Positions 8,216 through 17,166 of a DNA stretch of 18,088 nucleotides are shown here, in pieces. The stretch covers positions 1-18,088 of the forward strand of contig JBFESZ010000039.1 of assembly GCA_041548245.1 (NCBI GenBank). Direction: 5' to 3'. The translations under genes were made by a program, and so were the position numbers. The stretch comes from Sulfurimonadaceae bacterium (GTDB lineage: Bacteria > Campylobacterota > Campylobacteria > Campylobacterales > Sulfurimonadaceae). Numbering within the stretch: position 1 is the stretch's first letter; each line of letters begins with the position of its first letter. The notes under the pieces are model-generated. The model saw only the letters and a list, made by a program, of their open reading frames with translations, was not told the origin of the DNA and did not search any database.

Positions 8216-8217
8216 AC

Positions 8218-8226
8218 TGCTATAAT
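8218..8226 (+). promoter_or_regulatory. Consensus extended -10 promoter (TGC-TATAAT) of der
   Basis: Perfect TGn-TATAAT just after the transglycosylase stop, 31 nt upstream of the der ATG. Confidence 0.75.
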
Positions 8227-8257
8227 TACATCATTACAATCACAGAAAGCATACTAT

Positions 8258-9898
8258 ATGAAAAAACTAGCCATTATCGGCCGTCCAAATGTTGGAAAAT
8301 CATCTCTCTTCAATCGCCTGTTAAAAAAACGTGATGCCATTACTTCTGATCAGGCAGGTACGACACGCGACGTCAAAAAACGTGTTGCTCAGATCCTTGA
8401 CAAAGAAGTTCAGATTCTTGACACCGGAGGATTGGACAGAGGATGCGAGCTCTTTGACAAGATCAAAGAAAAATCTGTCAAAGCCGCGTATGAAGCCGAT
8501 ATCATCCTTTATATGGTAGATGGAAAGACCATTGCCAATGATGAAGATAAAAAGTTCTTTTATGAACTTCAGGCCATGGGAAAAGCGATTGCCCTGGTCG
8601 TAAACAAAATAGATAACGACAAGATGAACGAGCGTCTTTGGGACTATTATGAGTTTGGTACCGATACGATCTTTGGTATCTCTGTCGTACATAACCGCAA
8701 TACAATCAAACTGATCGAATGGATACATGAACAGCTTCCAGAAAAAGAGATATCATCGAAAAACATTTCTCAAGAAGATGAAGATCTTCAGATTGCCGGT
8801 GCAGTAGAGGCACCTGAAGACGTAGATGAAGATGCATACCTTGATGAATGGGATGATGAAGAGGAAAGAGAAGAGGATGCGAAAGCCTTTGAAGAAAACG
8901 ATGAGACGCGTTTTTATGACCCTGAACGCCTAAACCAGATCAAGGTCGCAATTATCGGACGGGTTAATGTCGGCAAGTCCTCACTTTTAAATGCTCTTAT
9001 CGGTGAAGAGCGCTCTGTCGTCTCCTCTGTCGCCGGAACAACTATCGATCCTATTGATGAGACTATAGAAGTCGATGACAAAAAGGTCACTTTTGTCGAT
9101 ACCGCGGGATTGAGACGACGGGGTAAGATCCTTGGGATTGAAAAGTTTGCGCTAAACCGTACCAAAGAGATGCTCAAAGATGCGGACATTGCCCTGCTTG
9201 TACTTGATGCTTCTGAACCTTTCAAAGACCTTGATGAGAAGATTGCCGGTCTTGTTGATGAGAACCGTCTGGGCTGTATCATCGTCTTGAACAAATGGGA
9301 CTTAACAGATAAGGACTTTGACAAGTTTACAGAAAAAGTACGAAGTCGTTTCAAGTTCTTACATTATGCGCCTATCATCACTATCTCTGCCCTGACAAAA
9401 CAGCGTGTACATAAGATTATGGATAAGATTTTAGAGATCAATGACAACTATTCTCAACGTATCGGGACATCCAAGCTCAATCGCGTCATTGAACTTGCAC
9501 AACGACGCCATCACCTTCCATCCGTCAAGGGAAAAGTCATCAGGATCTATTATGTCACCCAATATGACATACGTCCTCCGCGCATCGCATTAGTCATGAA
9601 CCGTCCGGAAGGTCTTCATTTCACCTACAGACGATATCTCACGAATAAGCTTCGTGAAGCCTTCAATTTCGAAGGGACTCCTGTTCTCTTTCATGCGCGA
9701 AGTAAAAAACAAAAAACCCATATCTCAGACGAACCGGATTATATTGAAGAGAAGTTTGGTGAACCGGTAACGGATGAAGAGATGTGGGAAATGTATGATG
9801 ACGAAGAGTTCGAAGGCGAATTTGAAGAGCATATGGCTGAAGATGAAAAACATAAAAAAGACAATGACATTGAAGAGGGTTTTGTCGATATAGACTAG
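8258..9898 (+). CDS. der: Ribosome biogenesis GTPase Der (EngA)
   Basis: Two G domains (GRPNVGKSS/DTGG/NKID and GRVNVGKSS/DTAG/NKWD) and a KH-like C-terminal domain (YRRYLTNKLREAFNFEGTP). Confidence 0.98.
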   Translation: MKKLAIIGRPNVGKSSLFNRLLKKRDAITSDQAGTTRDVKKRVAQILDKEVQILDTGGLDRGCELFDKIKEKSVKAAYEADIILYMVDGKTIANDEDKKFFYELQAMGKAIALVVNKIDNDKMNERLWDYYEFGTDTIFGISVVHNRNTIKLIEWIHEQLPEKEISSKNISQEDEDLQIAGAVEAPEDVDEDAYLDEWDDEEEREEDAKAFEENDETRFYDPERLNQIKVAIIGRVNVGKSSLLNALIGEERSVVSSVAGTTIDPIDETIEVDDKKVTFVDTAGLRRRGKILGIEKFALNRTKEMLKDADIALLVLDASEPFKDLDEKIAGLVDENRLGCIIVLNKWDLTDKDFDKFTEKVRSRFKFLHYAPIITISALTKQRVHKIMDKILEINDNYSQRIGTSKLNRVIELAQRRHHLPSVKGKVIRIYYVTQYDIRPPRIALVMNRPEGLHFTYRRYLTNKLREAFNFEGTPVLFHARSKKQKTHISDEPDYIEEKFGEPVTDEEMWEMYDDEEFEGEFEEHMAEDEKHKKDNDIEEGFVDID

Positions 9899-9912
9899 TG
9901 CGACTTTGATGC

Positions 9913-9952
9913 TCAGTATTGCGTGTTTGTACGTAATACTGAACCTTTTTCT
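9913..9952 (+). terminator. Intrinsic terminator after der
   Basis: 12-bp stem TCAGTATTGCGT/ACGTAATACTGA (1 G-U) followed by ACCTTTTTCT, between convergent genes. Confidence 0.7.
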
Positions 9953-9973
9953 ACTTTTAAAAGCAAGTCATTA

Positions 9974-10438
9974 TCACAGCTGCGCAGCCAACTCTGTATA
10001 GATAGCCTCTTCCAGATTTGCAAGCTCCTGATTGAACTGCTTTCTTTGAGATTCACTCTTGATGAGCTCTTCATATTTCTGTGCTGGCTTGATCATAAAA
10101 TATTTTTTATTCAAATCCACATTTACATATAGATCCTTCTTGATAGCAGGTTTATACCTGCGTTTTGTACGTAATGCAGATACTTCACGTTTCTTTACCA
10201 CATAACTTTTTTTCAGATTAATAGATTGTAATGTCGGTTCTATGATATCCCAGTTGTTTTTCTCGGCAGCCTTTGTTATTGCCTCTTGAAGCAGCTCTAT
10301 ATCCAATTCGTTCGAAAATGTTTTTTGAATTGAAGCTACCGGCGTGGATGCCGGTGAATGAGTACAGCCGGAGATAAGAAATGTTGACAATAGTAATGAT
10401 GTAATGAAAAATTTATTAGACACCGCTTTTTTTAGCAT
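9974..10438 (-). CDS. Hypothetical lipoprotein
   Basis: 154 aa. Basic N-region, hydrophobic core and lipobox ISGC. TAAGGA RBS. Confidence 0.8.
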   Translation of the reverse strand: MLKKAVSNKFFITSLLLSTFLISGCTHSPASTPVASIQKTFSNELDIELLQEAITKAAEKNNWDIIEPTLQSINLKKSYVVKKREVSALRTKRRYKPAIKKDLYVNVDLNKKYFMIKPAQKYEELIKSESQRKQFNQELANLEEAIYTELAAQL

Positions 10439-10487
10439 AGTTTTCCTTAGATTGATTATGAATATTTAAATAAAGGTTGGGGTTGAA

Positions 10488-10769
10488 CTATGCCAAGCGA
10501 GGAGGTCGAAAGATATCCTTAGAAAGAGTAAAAACAACAAAGCCCTTGTCTGAGAAGGCATGGTTTTGTGCAGACATTTCCAATACCATTGAGTTATTAA
10601 CAAGTTTTGCTGTATCAGCAATTGACTCATTCTCAGAGTTCTCAAGTTCACTTACTGACTCAACAGCCATTTCAGACTGTACTGCAGAAAAAGTCTGAAC
10701 TTCAAACATCGTCATAGCCATAACAAGTAATGTCATAAAAGTAAAAAGAAGTGAAAGCTTTGTTTTCAT
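10488..10769 (-). CDS. Small exported or membrane-anchored protein with C-terminal IFRPP motif (candidate arrest/leader peptide)
   Basis: 93 aa from ATG 10769: MKTK plus hydrophobic segment, an acidic Ser/Glu-rich middle, and the end ...SKDIFRPPRLA. TATACT lies 6 nt before the ATG and there is no SD. Confidence 0.7.
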   Translation of the reverse strand: MKTKLSLLFTFMTLLVMAMTMFEVQTFSAVQSEMAVESVSELENSENESIADTAKLVNNSMVLEMSAQNHAFSDKGFVVFTLSKDIFRPPRLA

Positions 10770-10845
10770 GAAGAAAGTATAAACATTCTCATAGCAAAAG
10801 TCAAGGAAGATATCAGTCGGCTTAGGAAGCTGAGACATCCCCTTA

Positions 10846-10870
10846 CGTAAAGCCTTAAAAGGGCTTTACG
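10846..10870 (-). terminator. Hairpin straddling the hemJ stop codon (possible terminator or 3'-end structure)
   Basis: Perfect 9-bp inverted repeat CGTAAAGCC/GGCTTTACG with the stop codon in the loop. No U-tract follows. Confidence 0.4.
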
Positions 10871-11289
10871 ATCACCATCGCTACGATCAACAAAAGAAGG
10901 ATCGTCGGCACTTCATTATAGAGACGAAAGAACTTACCGCTCTTGTCACATTTATCCGCCAAAAGTTTTTTATAAAAATGTCCCATCGAGAAAAAATATC
11001 CGATCAATACCACGACCAGTGTCAGTTTAGCATGCAACCATCCACCACTTTGAAAGAGACCCGGATTAAGAGCTATCATTGCTATCCCTGAGATCAGGGT
11101 TGCCCAGAATGAGGGGATTCCAATCGCATAATATATCTTTCTTTCCATTACCTTCACTACCTTGATAAAGTCAGCATTGTTCCTGTTCTCTACATGATAG
11201 ACAAAGAGTCTAGGCATATAAAAAAGTACGGCGAACCATGCGACCATTGAGATGACGTGGAACCACTTTATCCATAGATAATACTCCAT
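10855..11289 (-). CDS. hemJ: Protoporphyrinogen IX oxidase HemJ
   Basis: YLWIKWFHVISMVAWFAVLFYMPRLFVYH, GWLHAKLTLV, FRLYNEVPT and C-terminal VIVKPF. ATG 11289 follows AAAAGGA. TATAAT at 11320-11325 on the minus strand. Confidence 0.95.
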   Translation of the reverse strand: MEYYLWIKWFHVISMVAWFAVLFYMPRLFVYHVENRNNADFIKVVKVMERKIYYAIGIPSFWATLISGIAMIALNPGLFQSGGWLHAKLTLVVVLIGYFFSMGHFYKKLLADKCDKSGKFFRLYNEVPTILLLLIVAMVIVKPF

Positions 11290-11331
11290 AAGAATCCTTT
11301 TTGATGTATCTAAGCTCGCATTATACGATAT

Positions 11332-11370
11332 CTCGATAGAATTGCGACTAAACCTCGCAATTCTATCGAG
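11332..11370. repeat. Perfect 16-bp inverted repeat in the hemJ/trpS divergent intergenic region
   Basis: CTCGATAGAATTGCGA (11332-11347), 7-nt loop CTAAACC, then TCGCAATTCTATCGAG (11355-11370). Confidence 0.9.
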
Positions 11371-11436
11371 TAGAACCACATCAAATCATTATCGACTTGA
11401 AATTGCAAATTATCAAAGATATATCAAGGTAGTAAA

Positions 11437-12402
11437 ATGAAAGTATTAGCAGGTATCCAACCTTCAGGTGATCTACATATCGGAAACTATTTCGGCTCAA
11501 TCAAAAAGATGATTGAGCGACAAGAGAGTGACAATGTATACGCCTTCATCGCCAACTATCATGCTATGACAACAGTCAGTGACGGTACACGTTTAGGCGA
11601 ACTTACTATGCAGGCGGCTACCGACTTCTTAGCATTGGGTATCGATCCGGAAAAGACGATGTTCTGGGTCCAATCTGATGTCAAAGAGGTGCTTGAGCTC
11701 TATTGGGTACTTTCGCAATTCACACCCATGGGTTTTTTGGAACGTGCACACTCCTACAAAGACAAGGTTGCCAAAGGTATCAATGCCAACCACTCCCTTT
11801 TCTCCTATCCTGTCCTTATGGCAGCAGATATCCTGCTTTTTGATTCTGAAATCATTCCTGTCGGAAAAGATCAGATCCAGCACGTTGAGATTGCGAGGGA
11901 CATGGCCATACGTTTCAATAATGAGTATGGCGAAGTCTTTCATCTGCCAGAACACCAGGTAGATGATGCTGTCGCAACCGTTCCCGGCATTGACGGAGCA
12001 AAGATGTCAAAATCTTATGGAAACACCATCAACATATTTGGTGAAGAGAAGAAGATCCAAAAGACGATTAAAAAGATCGTAACTGACACAACCCCTTTGG
12101 AAGAACCGAAAGAGTTTGAGAGTTGTAATATCTATGCCATTGCCAAGCTCTTTTTGGATAAGAACGGTCTTGAAGCTTTTGAAGAGCGTTACAGAACTCC
12201 GGGAGAGGGCTATGGCCACTTCAAACTCTATCTACATGATGTGATGTGGGAATACTTCAGACCCTACAGAGAAAAACGTGAGTATTATGCCTCTCACCAG
12301 GATGAAGTCCGTGACATCTTAAAGTTTGGTGCAAACAAGGCACGTAGTATTGCCGCAGAAAAGATGGAGATAATCCGTTCAAAAACGGGAATAGCTTACT
12401 AA
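11437..12402 (+). CDS. trpS: Tryptophanyl-tRNA synthetase
   Basis: GIQPSGDLHIGNY (HIGH), YPVLMAADILL, PVGKDQIQH and KMSKS. Confidence 0.98.
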   Translation: MKVLAGIQPSGDLHIGNYFGSIKKMIERQESDNVYAFIANYHAMTTVSDGTRLGELTMQAATDFLALGIDPEKTMFWVQSDVKEVLELYWVLSQFTPMGFLERAHSYKDKVAKGINANHSLFSYPVLMAADILLFDSEIIPVGKDQIQHVEIARDMAIRFNNEYGEVFHLPEHQVDDAVATVPGIDGAKMSKSYGNTINIFGEEKKIQKTIKKIVTDTTPLEEPKEFESCNIYAIAKLFLDKNGLEAFEERYRTPGEGYGHFKLYLHDVMWEYFRPYREKREYYASHQDEVRDILKFGANKARSIAAEKMEIIRSKTGIAY

Positions 12403-12410
12403 ATTATAAA

Positions 12411-12432
12411 ACTATAAGCCTGGGCTTATAGT
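12411..12432 (+). terminator. Hairpin after trpS (probable terminator)
   Basis: Inverted repeat ACTATAAGCC-TG-GGCTTATAGT starting 8 nt after the stop, followed by a pyrimidine-rich tract. Confidence 0.55.
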
Positions 12433-12495
12433 CCCCTCTCTTCCCTAATCTTTTTTTAGTAAAATTCCGAAATTTTAAATATTAAAAGGTTAATA

Positions 12496-12702
12496 ATGTA
12501 TCAAGTAAACGTACCTCAACAATGTGGCTGTTTTAGAAGAAGCGGTAGAGAAGCTTCATTAAGTTTTGAGAACAAAGATGAGGCATTAATACATGCACGT
12601 GAGATGGCAGATGCTATGACAAACAGCTTTTGTAAAAAGCACAGTTTTAATGTCGTAGAAGACGGGAATCAGTTTATCGTTCTTATCAGTGCGAACCGCT
12701 AG
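12496..12702 (+). CDS. Small Cys-rich hypothetical protein (CGCF...FCxxH)
   Basis: 68 aa with an AAAAGG RBS and TAAAAT at 12460-12465. It fills the trpS-argF gap. Confidence 0.8.
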   Translation: MYQVNVPQQCGCFRRSGREASLSFENKDEALIHAREMADAMTNSFCKKHSFNVVEDGNQFIVLISANR

Positions 12703-12743
12703 AACTACACTGTTAGCTTAGTCTTATACAAGCTCTTCTGCAT

Positions 12744-13664
12744 CTAACGATGCAGATCTAACCAGACCATCAGGCCTTTCTGTGCATGTAAACGGTTTTC
12801 AGCCTCTTCAAAGATAAGGCTTCTATTTCCTTCGAGTAACTCCTCACTGACCTCTTGTCCGCGATAAGCCGGAAGACAGTGCAGAAAGATGGCATTATCT
12901 TGTGCCAGATCCATCATATTCTCATCGACCATATAACCGGTAAAAGCCTTGGCCCTTTCTTCTTTTTCAGCTTCCTGTCCCATAGATGCCCATGTATCCG
13001 TTGTGATAACAGTCGCATCTTTGGCTGCTTCTTTGGGATCATTTGTCACGACAATCTTTCCGCCGCTTTGCTTGCAGAACTCTAAGGCATCTTTCATCAC
13101 GTTTGCATCCACCTCGTACCCTTTTGGCGTAGCGATACGCAGTTCAAATCCGAGCTTGGATGTCAACATCATCCAAGAATGCGTCATATTGTTACCATCG
13201 CCTACATAAGCGACAATAGGGTCTTTATCCATACCGTGTTCTATCATCGTCATATAATCTGCCAACAACTGAACCGGATGGTAGGTATCCGTCAAGCCAT
13301 TGATAACCGGTACTGATGAGTATGAGGCAAACTCTTCTAAGCGTGAATGTTCAAAGGTGCGGATCATAACCATATCCGTCATACTAGAGATAACTCTGGC
13401 CGTATCTTTTACCGGTTCACCGCGTCCAAGCTGAATATCCTTGTTAGACAAAAAAAGCCCATGCCCGCCAAGCTGAAACATTCCCGCTTCAAAACTCACA
13501 CGTGTACGCGTTGAACTTTTTTCAAAAATCATCGAAAGCGTCTGTCCTTTCAAATAAGGAGGCTGCGCTTTTGCCTTAAACTCTTTTTTGATCTTAAGGC
13601 CCAGTTCTATAATCTCTAAGATCTCTTCTTTAGAATAATCTTTTAATGTTAAAAAGTGTCTCAC
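12744..13664 (-). CDS. argF: Ornithine carbamoyltransferase
   Basis: [34 protein letters not shown] and [12 protein letters not shown] start overlaps the upstream TGA (GTGA). AAGGA RBS. Confidence 0.97.
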   Translation of the reverse strand: MRHFLTLKDYSKEEILEIIELGLKIKKEFKAKAQPPYLKGQTLSMIFEKSSTRTRVSFEAGMFQLGGHGLFLSNKDIQLGRGEPVKDTARVISSMTDMVMIRTFEHSRLEEFASYSSVPVINGLTDTYHPVQLLADYMTMIEHGMDKDPIVAYVGDGNNMTHSWMMLTSKLGFELRIATPKGYEVDANVMKDALEFCKQSGGKIVVTNDPKEAAKDATVITTDTWASMGQEAEKEERAKAFTGYMVDENMMDLAQDNAIFLHCLPAYRGQEVSEELLEGNRSLIFEEAENRLHAQKGLMVWLDLHR

Positions 13665-16087
13665 TGAATTCCTTGTTTCTTCTTGATTTCTTCACAGCTC
13701 AGTATTTTACCGATGTGATAACCCTGAACATATTCTATTCCTATCTTTTTGACGGCTTCAAGCAGACGCTCATTCGTAATAAACTCTGCTATTACTTCAA
13801 TACCAAGTTTATGAGCAAAATCGTAGATTCCTTCTACGACCTGACGCTGGTCTTCATTGGTATCGATATGTTCGATTAACGATCCGTCAATCTTAATATA
13901 GTTTGGCTTCAATTGTGTTAAATACGCAAAGTTTGAATAGCCCGTTCCGAAATCATCGATTGCAATTTTAAAACCCGCATGCTTAATCTCATTGATGATT
14001 GTAATATAGTTTCCTTTAAGTAGCTCTTCAGACTCTACCAATTCCACAACAACCGCCTCTGGCGGAACACCATATTTTGATGCCTTGTCAATAAGATAAT
14101 CGACCATGTCATGATCAAGGTCTTCTCTTGTCATATTAATAGAAAGATCGATCTGACACTTCTCATAAGATTGAAGGCTTTGATCGATGACAAGCTTTGT
14201 CAACTCTTTTTCATGTCCAGAGTTTTGAAGTACGCCCAGAAACTCATTAGGCGAGATCATTATCTTCTTATCTTTATCATACATACGGATCAGAACTTCA
14301 TACTTGATCACCTCTCCACTCTGTGCATGTGCAATAGGCTGAAAATGCACGGCAAAAAGACCATCGTTAAAAGCTGCTGCTATCTTTTTAACCCATTCGA
14401 GGTTTGCCTTATGACGTTTTTCCAAAAGTGCATCCTCATCATAATAGGCATACCTTTTATGCATACGAATAGCGTATCTCGAAGCGATCTCTGCACGGCT
14501 CAATAAGGAAGCCTGAGAGTGTTTTGTATCTGAATTAGCTATACCGAAGGTAAAAGAGAGCGGCATCTCTATATCTTCGTGCTCAATTATGTAGATCTCT
14601 TTTAGTTTAGCAATGAGAAGGTTAATATATTCTGCGTGAGAACAGATCAGGACAAATTCATCTGAACCCATCCTGTACACATCTGTCTCCAATAACTTAT
14701 CCGAACTGATTGAGCCCGCGATCTCCTGTAGGATCTGCGCTGTCTCTTGCAGATAGATATCGCCTATTTCCTGTCCAAAACTGTCATTGATATGCGAAAA
14801 GTTATGAATATCGATATAGATAACGGAAAAGTCATGCCCCTGTTTTTGTATCTCTTCCATCTCTTTAAGCAGTTTATTACGATTGGGAATGCTTGTCAGC
14901 GAATCCGTCTCATAATTGTGTTCTATGATCTTGATCTGCTCTTTGACCTTATTGTTAAAATCAAAGAGTGTACGGTAGATTGTCCCCAGCTCACTTTTTG
15001 ATTGTAATAGAAGCACCTGGTCTTTTCTGTTCGCACTTTTCTCTTTAAGAAAACTCAATAGCGTATGCAGTGACTTTTTGATGTCGATGAAAATAAACCA
15101 TGCCACTAAAAGTACAAAAAACAGTGGCAATAATAGAAGCATGATGTTTTTATTGAACTTGTCATTCTCGTTGGATATGATCGTTTCTATCTTGCTTCGT
15201 ACTGTACTGCTGTTCAATGCTTCAACGGCTTTGACATCACTCATATAAGTATGGTAATAGTTTAGCCACACATTGATATCTTCTACCGATATCTTTTGAC
15301 CTACTTGCATTTTCAGTGTTTCAAGCATCTGGTTAAGATGAATAAATGCCGGCGTTGAATATAGGGTGTAATAGGCTTTGCTAACCTCAGGTTCAGCAAA
15401 AGTCTTGAAATGATCCAGATAGGTCTGTGATTTTGCATCCTGTGTTATGATCAGGTCATACCAGATTTGATCAAACAGCTCCTCACTTCCTACGGCAACC
15501 TGAACCAAAGCCTGTTCTAGTGAAGTGTACTCTATCGCTGAGATAAGATTAAAATAGGCATTGAAATCGTTTGACTCTATCCGCGTTGTCATCAGTGCTA
15601 TCAGATCTATAAAATGCTTGATCAGCGAGTCCGTATAATACCGAACGATCTCATCGCCTTCAACCTCGGCTTTATCGACCTTTGTACGGATTTGTCCGAG
15701 CTCTGACAACTCACGGTTTAACAAGGCAATCTTTGCATTGATCTTTTGATTAGGGAACGACTCAAAGTTTGTTTTACACGAACTGAACATCTTCAGATGC
15801 GCATCCGTTTCCTGACGTACCTGCTCTAGCCTCTTCTTATCTTTTCCATGCTCTGCGAAAGCAATGGAAAAAGTTCGTTCGTTTTGAAGACTATATAGAA
15901 TGGTATTGAGTTTTTCTGCCGTATTGAAAGCTGAAAGAATTTTCTTCGTTTTCTCGTTAGATTCGATCGTATCACTAAGGTATGAGATGTTCCAAAACAG
16001 TACCCCGGATATCAAAAATATGATCAAAAAAGCCACTTTTATCTTCACACTGAAGCGGCTTAGAAAATAGAGAACAACTTGAATCAT
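13661..16087 (-). CDS. Membrane-bound c-di-GMP phosphodiesterase: TM - NIT-like sensor - TM - GGDEF (GSDEF) - EAL
   Basis: Two TM helices flank a periplasmic region with NIT-type LQNER-x-x-S. GGDEF domain markers: [38 protein letters not shown] domain markers: [34 protein letters not shown]. Confidence 0.88.
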   Translation of the reverse strand: MIQVVLYFLSRFSVKIKVAFLIIFLISGVLFWNISYLSDTIESNEKTKKILSAFNTAEKLNTILYSLQNERTFSIAFAEHGKDKKRLEQVRQETDAHLKMFSSCKTNFESFPNQKINAKIALLNRELSELGQIRTKVDKAEVEGDEIVRYYTDSLIKHFIDLIALMTTRIESNDFNAYFNLISAIEYTSLEQALVQVAVGSEELFDQIWYDLIITQDAKSQTYLDHFKTFAEPEVSKAYYTLYSTPAFIHLNQMLETLKMQVGQKISVEDINVWLNYYHTYMSDVKAVEALNSSTVRSKIETIISNENDKFNKNIMLLLLPLFFVLLVAWFIFIDIKKSLHTLLSFLKEKSANRKDQVLLLQSKSELGTIYRTLFDFNNKVKEQIKIIEHNYETDSLTSIPNRNKLLKEMEEIQKQGHDFSVIYIDIHNFSHINDSFGQEIGDIYLQETAQILQEIAGSISSDKLLETDVYRMGSDEFVLICSHAEYINLLIAKLKEIYIIEHEDIEMPLSFTFGIANSDTKHSQASLLSRAEIASRYAIRMHKRYAYYDEDALLEKRHKANLEWVKKIAAAFNDGLFAVHFQPIAHAQSGEVIKYEVLIRMYDKDKKIMISPNEFLGVLQNSGHEKELTKLVIDQSLQSYEKCQIDLSINMTREDLDHDMVDYLIDKASKYGVPPEAVVVELVESEELLKGNYITIINEIKHAGFKIAIDDFGTGYSNFAYLTQLKPNYIKIDGSLIEHIDTNEDQRQVVEGIYDFAHKLGIEVIAEFITNERLLEAVKKIGIEYVQGYHIGKILSCEEIKKKQGIQ

Positions 16088-16093
16088 AGAGGA

Positions 16094-17071
16094 TTACTTT
16101 TGATTCTTTAAAAGTTGGGCGACCTCTTTAGCATGGTAAGAGATGATAATACTTGCGCCTGCGCGCTTAAAGCCTATCATCGTCTCCATTAAGACTCTGT
16201 CGTAATCAATAAGTCCTTCTTTGCCCGCGAACTTCAGCATCGCATATTCACCACTTACATTATAGACAGCAAGAGGACGGGTTGTGTTCTCCTTTATGTC
16301 ACGGATAATATCCAGATAGGCCAGAGCCGGTTTAACCATCAGTATATCAGCACCCTGAGCCTCGTCTTCAACACTCTCTGCAATCGCTTCAAGACGATTG
16401 GCCGGGTCCATCTGATAAGTGGAACGGTTTCCGAAGCTTGGTACCGACTCTGCCACGTCTCTAAACGGACCATAATAACCGCTTGCAAACTTTGTCGAAT
16501 AAGCCATAATAGGAAGATCAGTATATCCTGCTTCATCCAAAGCCGTGCGAAGTGTCTCGATGATACCGTCCATCATCCCGCTCGGAGCGATCATGTCCGC
16601 ACCCGCTTTGGCATGTACGATTGCCTGTCTGGCCGAAAGCTCAAGTGTAGAATCATTATCTACGGTCTCACGCTCCATGTCAATAATACCGCAGTGTCCA
16701 TGATCCGTATATTCACAAAAACAGAGGTCTGTTACGATAAACATCTCAGGGTGTGCTGCTTTTATTTCTCTTACGGCTTGCGCGATGATACCATGCTCAC
16801 ACAGTGCATCAGAGCCTACTGAATCTTTTACCGCAGGAATCCCAAAAAGGATGATAGAGTAAAGCCCCAAAGACTTCAAGGTCTCACACTCTTTGACCGC
16901 CTCGTCAATACTCATCTGATAGACACCCGGCATTGAAGAGACTTCGGTCTTAATACCCTCACCCGAACGTACGAACAGCGGATAGATAAAATCATTACTC
17001 GACAGGCTTGTCTCTCTGACAAGATTTTGCAGTTGCGGGTTGATACGTAAGCGGCGGAAGCGATGGAACAT
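16094..17071 (-). CDS. hemB: Porphobilinogen synthase (delta-aminolevulinate dehydratase), Zn-binding type
   Basis: [34 protein letters not shown] and YNVSGEYAM. Confidence 0.98.
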   Translation of the reverse strand: MFHRFRRLRINPQLQNLVRETSLSSNDFIYPLFVRSGEGIKTEVSSMPGVYQMSIDEAVKECETLKSLGLYSIILFGIPAVKDSVGSDALCEHGIIAQAVREIKAAHPEMFIVTDLCFCEYTDHGHCGIIDMERETVDNDSTLELSARQAIVHAKAGADMIAPSGMMDGIIETLRTALDEAGYTDLPIMAYSTKFASGYYGPFRDVAESVPSFGNRSTYQMDPANRLEAIAESVEDEAQGADILMVKPALAYLDIIRDIKENTTRPLAVYNVSGEYAMLKFAGKEGLIDYDRVLMETMIGFKRAGASIIISYHAKEVAQLLKNQK

Positions 17072-17097
17072 TCTTAACCTTTGTGAGAAAAAAATAA

Positions 17098-17106
17098 TGA
17101 TATAAT
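17098..17106 (+). promoter_or_regulatory. Extended -10 promoter (TGA-TATAAT) for ribA
   Basis: Consensus TGn-TATAAT 60 nt upstream of the ribA ATG. Confidence 0.65.
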
Positions 17107-17131
17107 CTTAATAACTTTAAAATATCACACA

Positions 17132-17140
17132 ATTTTAACA
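17132..17140 (-). promoter_or_regulatory. Extended -10 promoter (TGT-TAAAAT) for the hemB operon
   Basis: Reverse complement of ATTTTAACA, 60 nt upstream of the hemB ATG. Confidence 0.55.
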
Positions 17141-17166
17141 AACCAATCTACAAAAAGCAGTTAAAC

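Noticed and set aside
10770-10838. Longer start (10838) for the IFRPP ORF
   Set aside because: It is possible, since AAGGGG precedes it, but the spacing is too tight and it displaces the MKTK-hydrophobic signal from the N-terminus. The -10 position favours 10769.
11290-11379. N-terminal extension of HemJ
   Set aside because: It runs through the promoter and the palindrome. HemJ similarity and the RBS begin at ATG 11289.
11371-11436. Trp attenuator or T-box upstream of trpS
   Set aside because: No Trp-codon leader ORF, T-box consensus or terminator U-tract was found.
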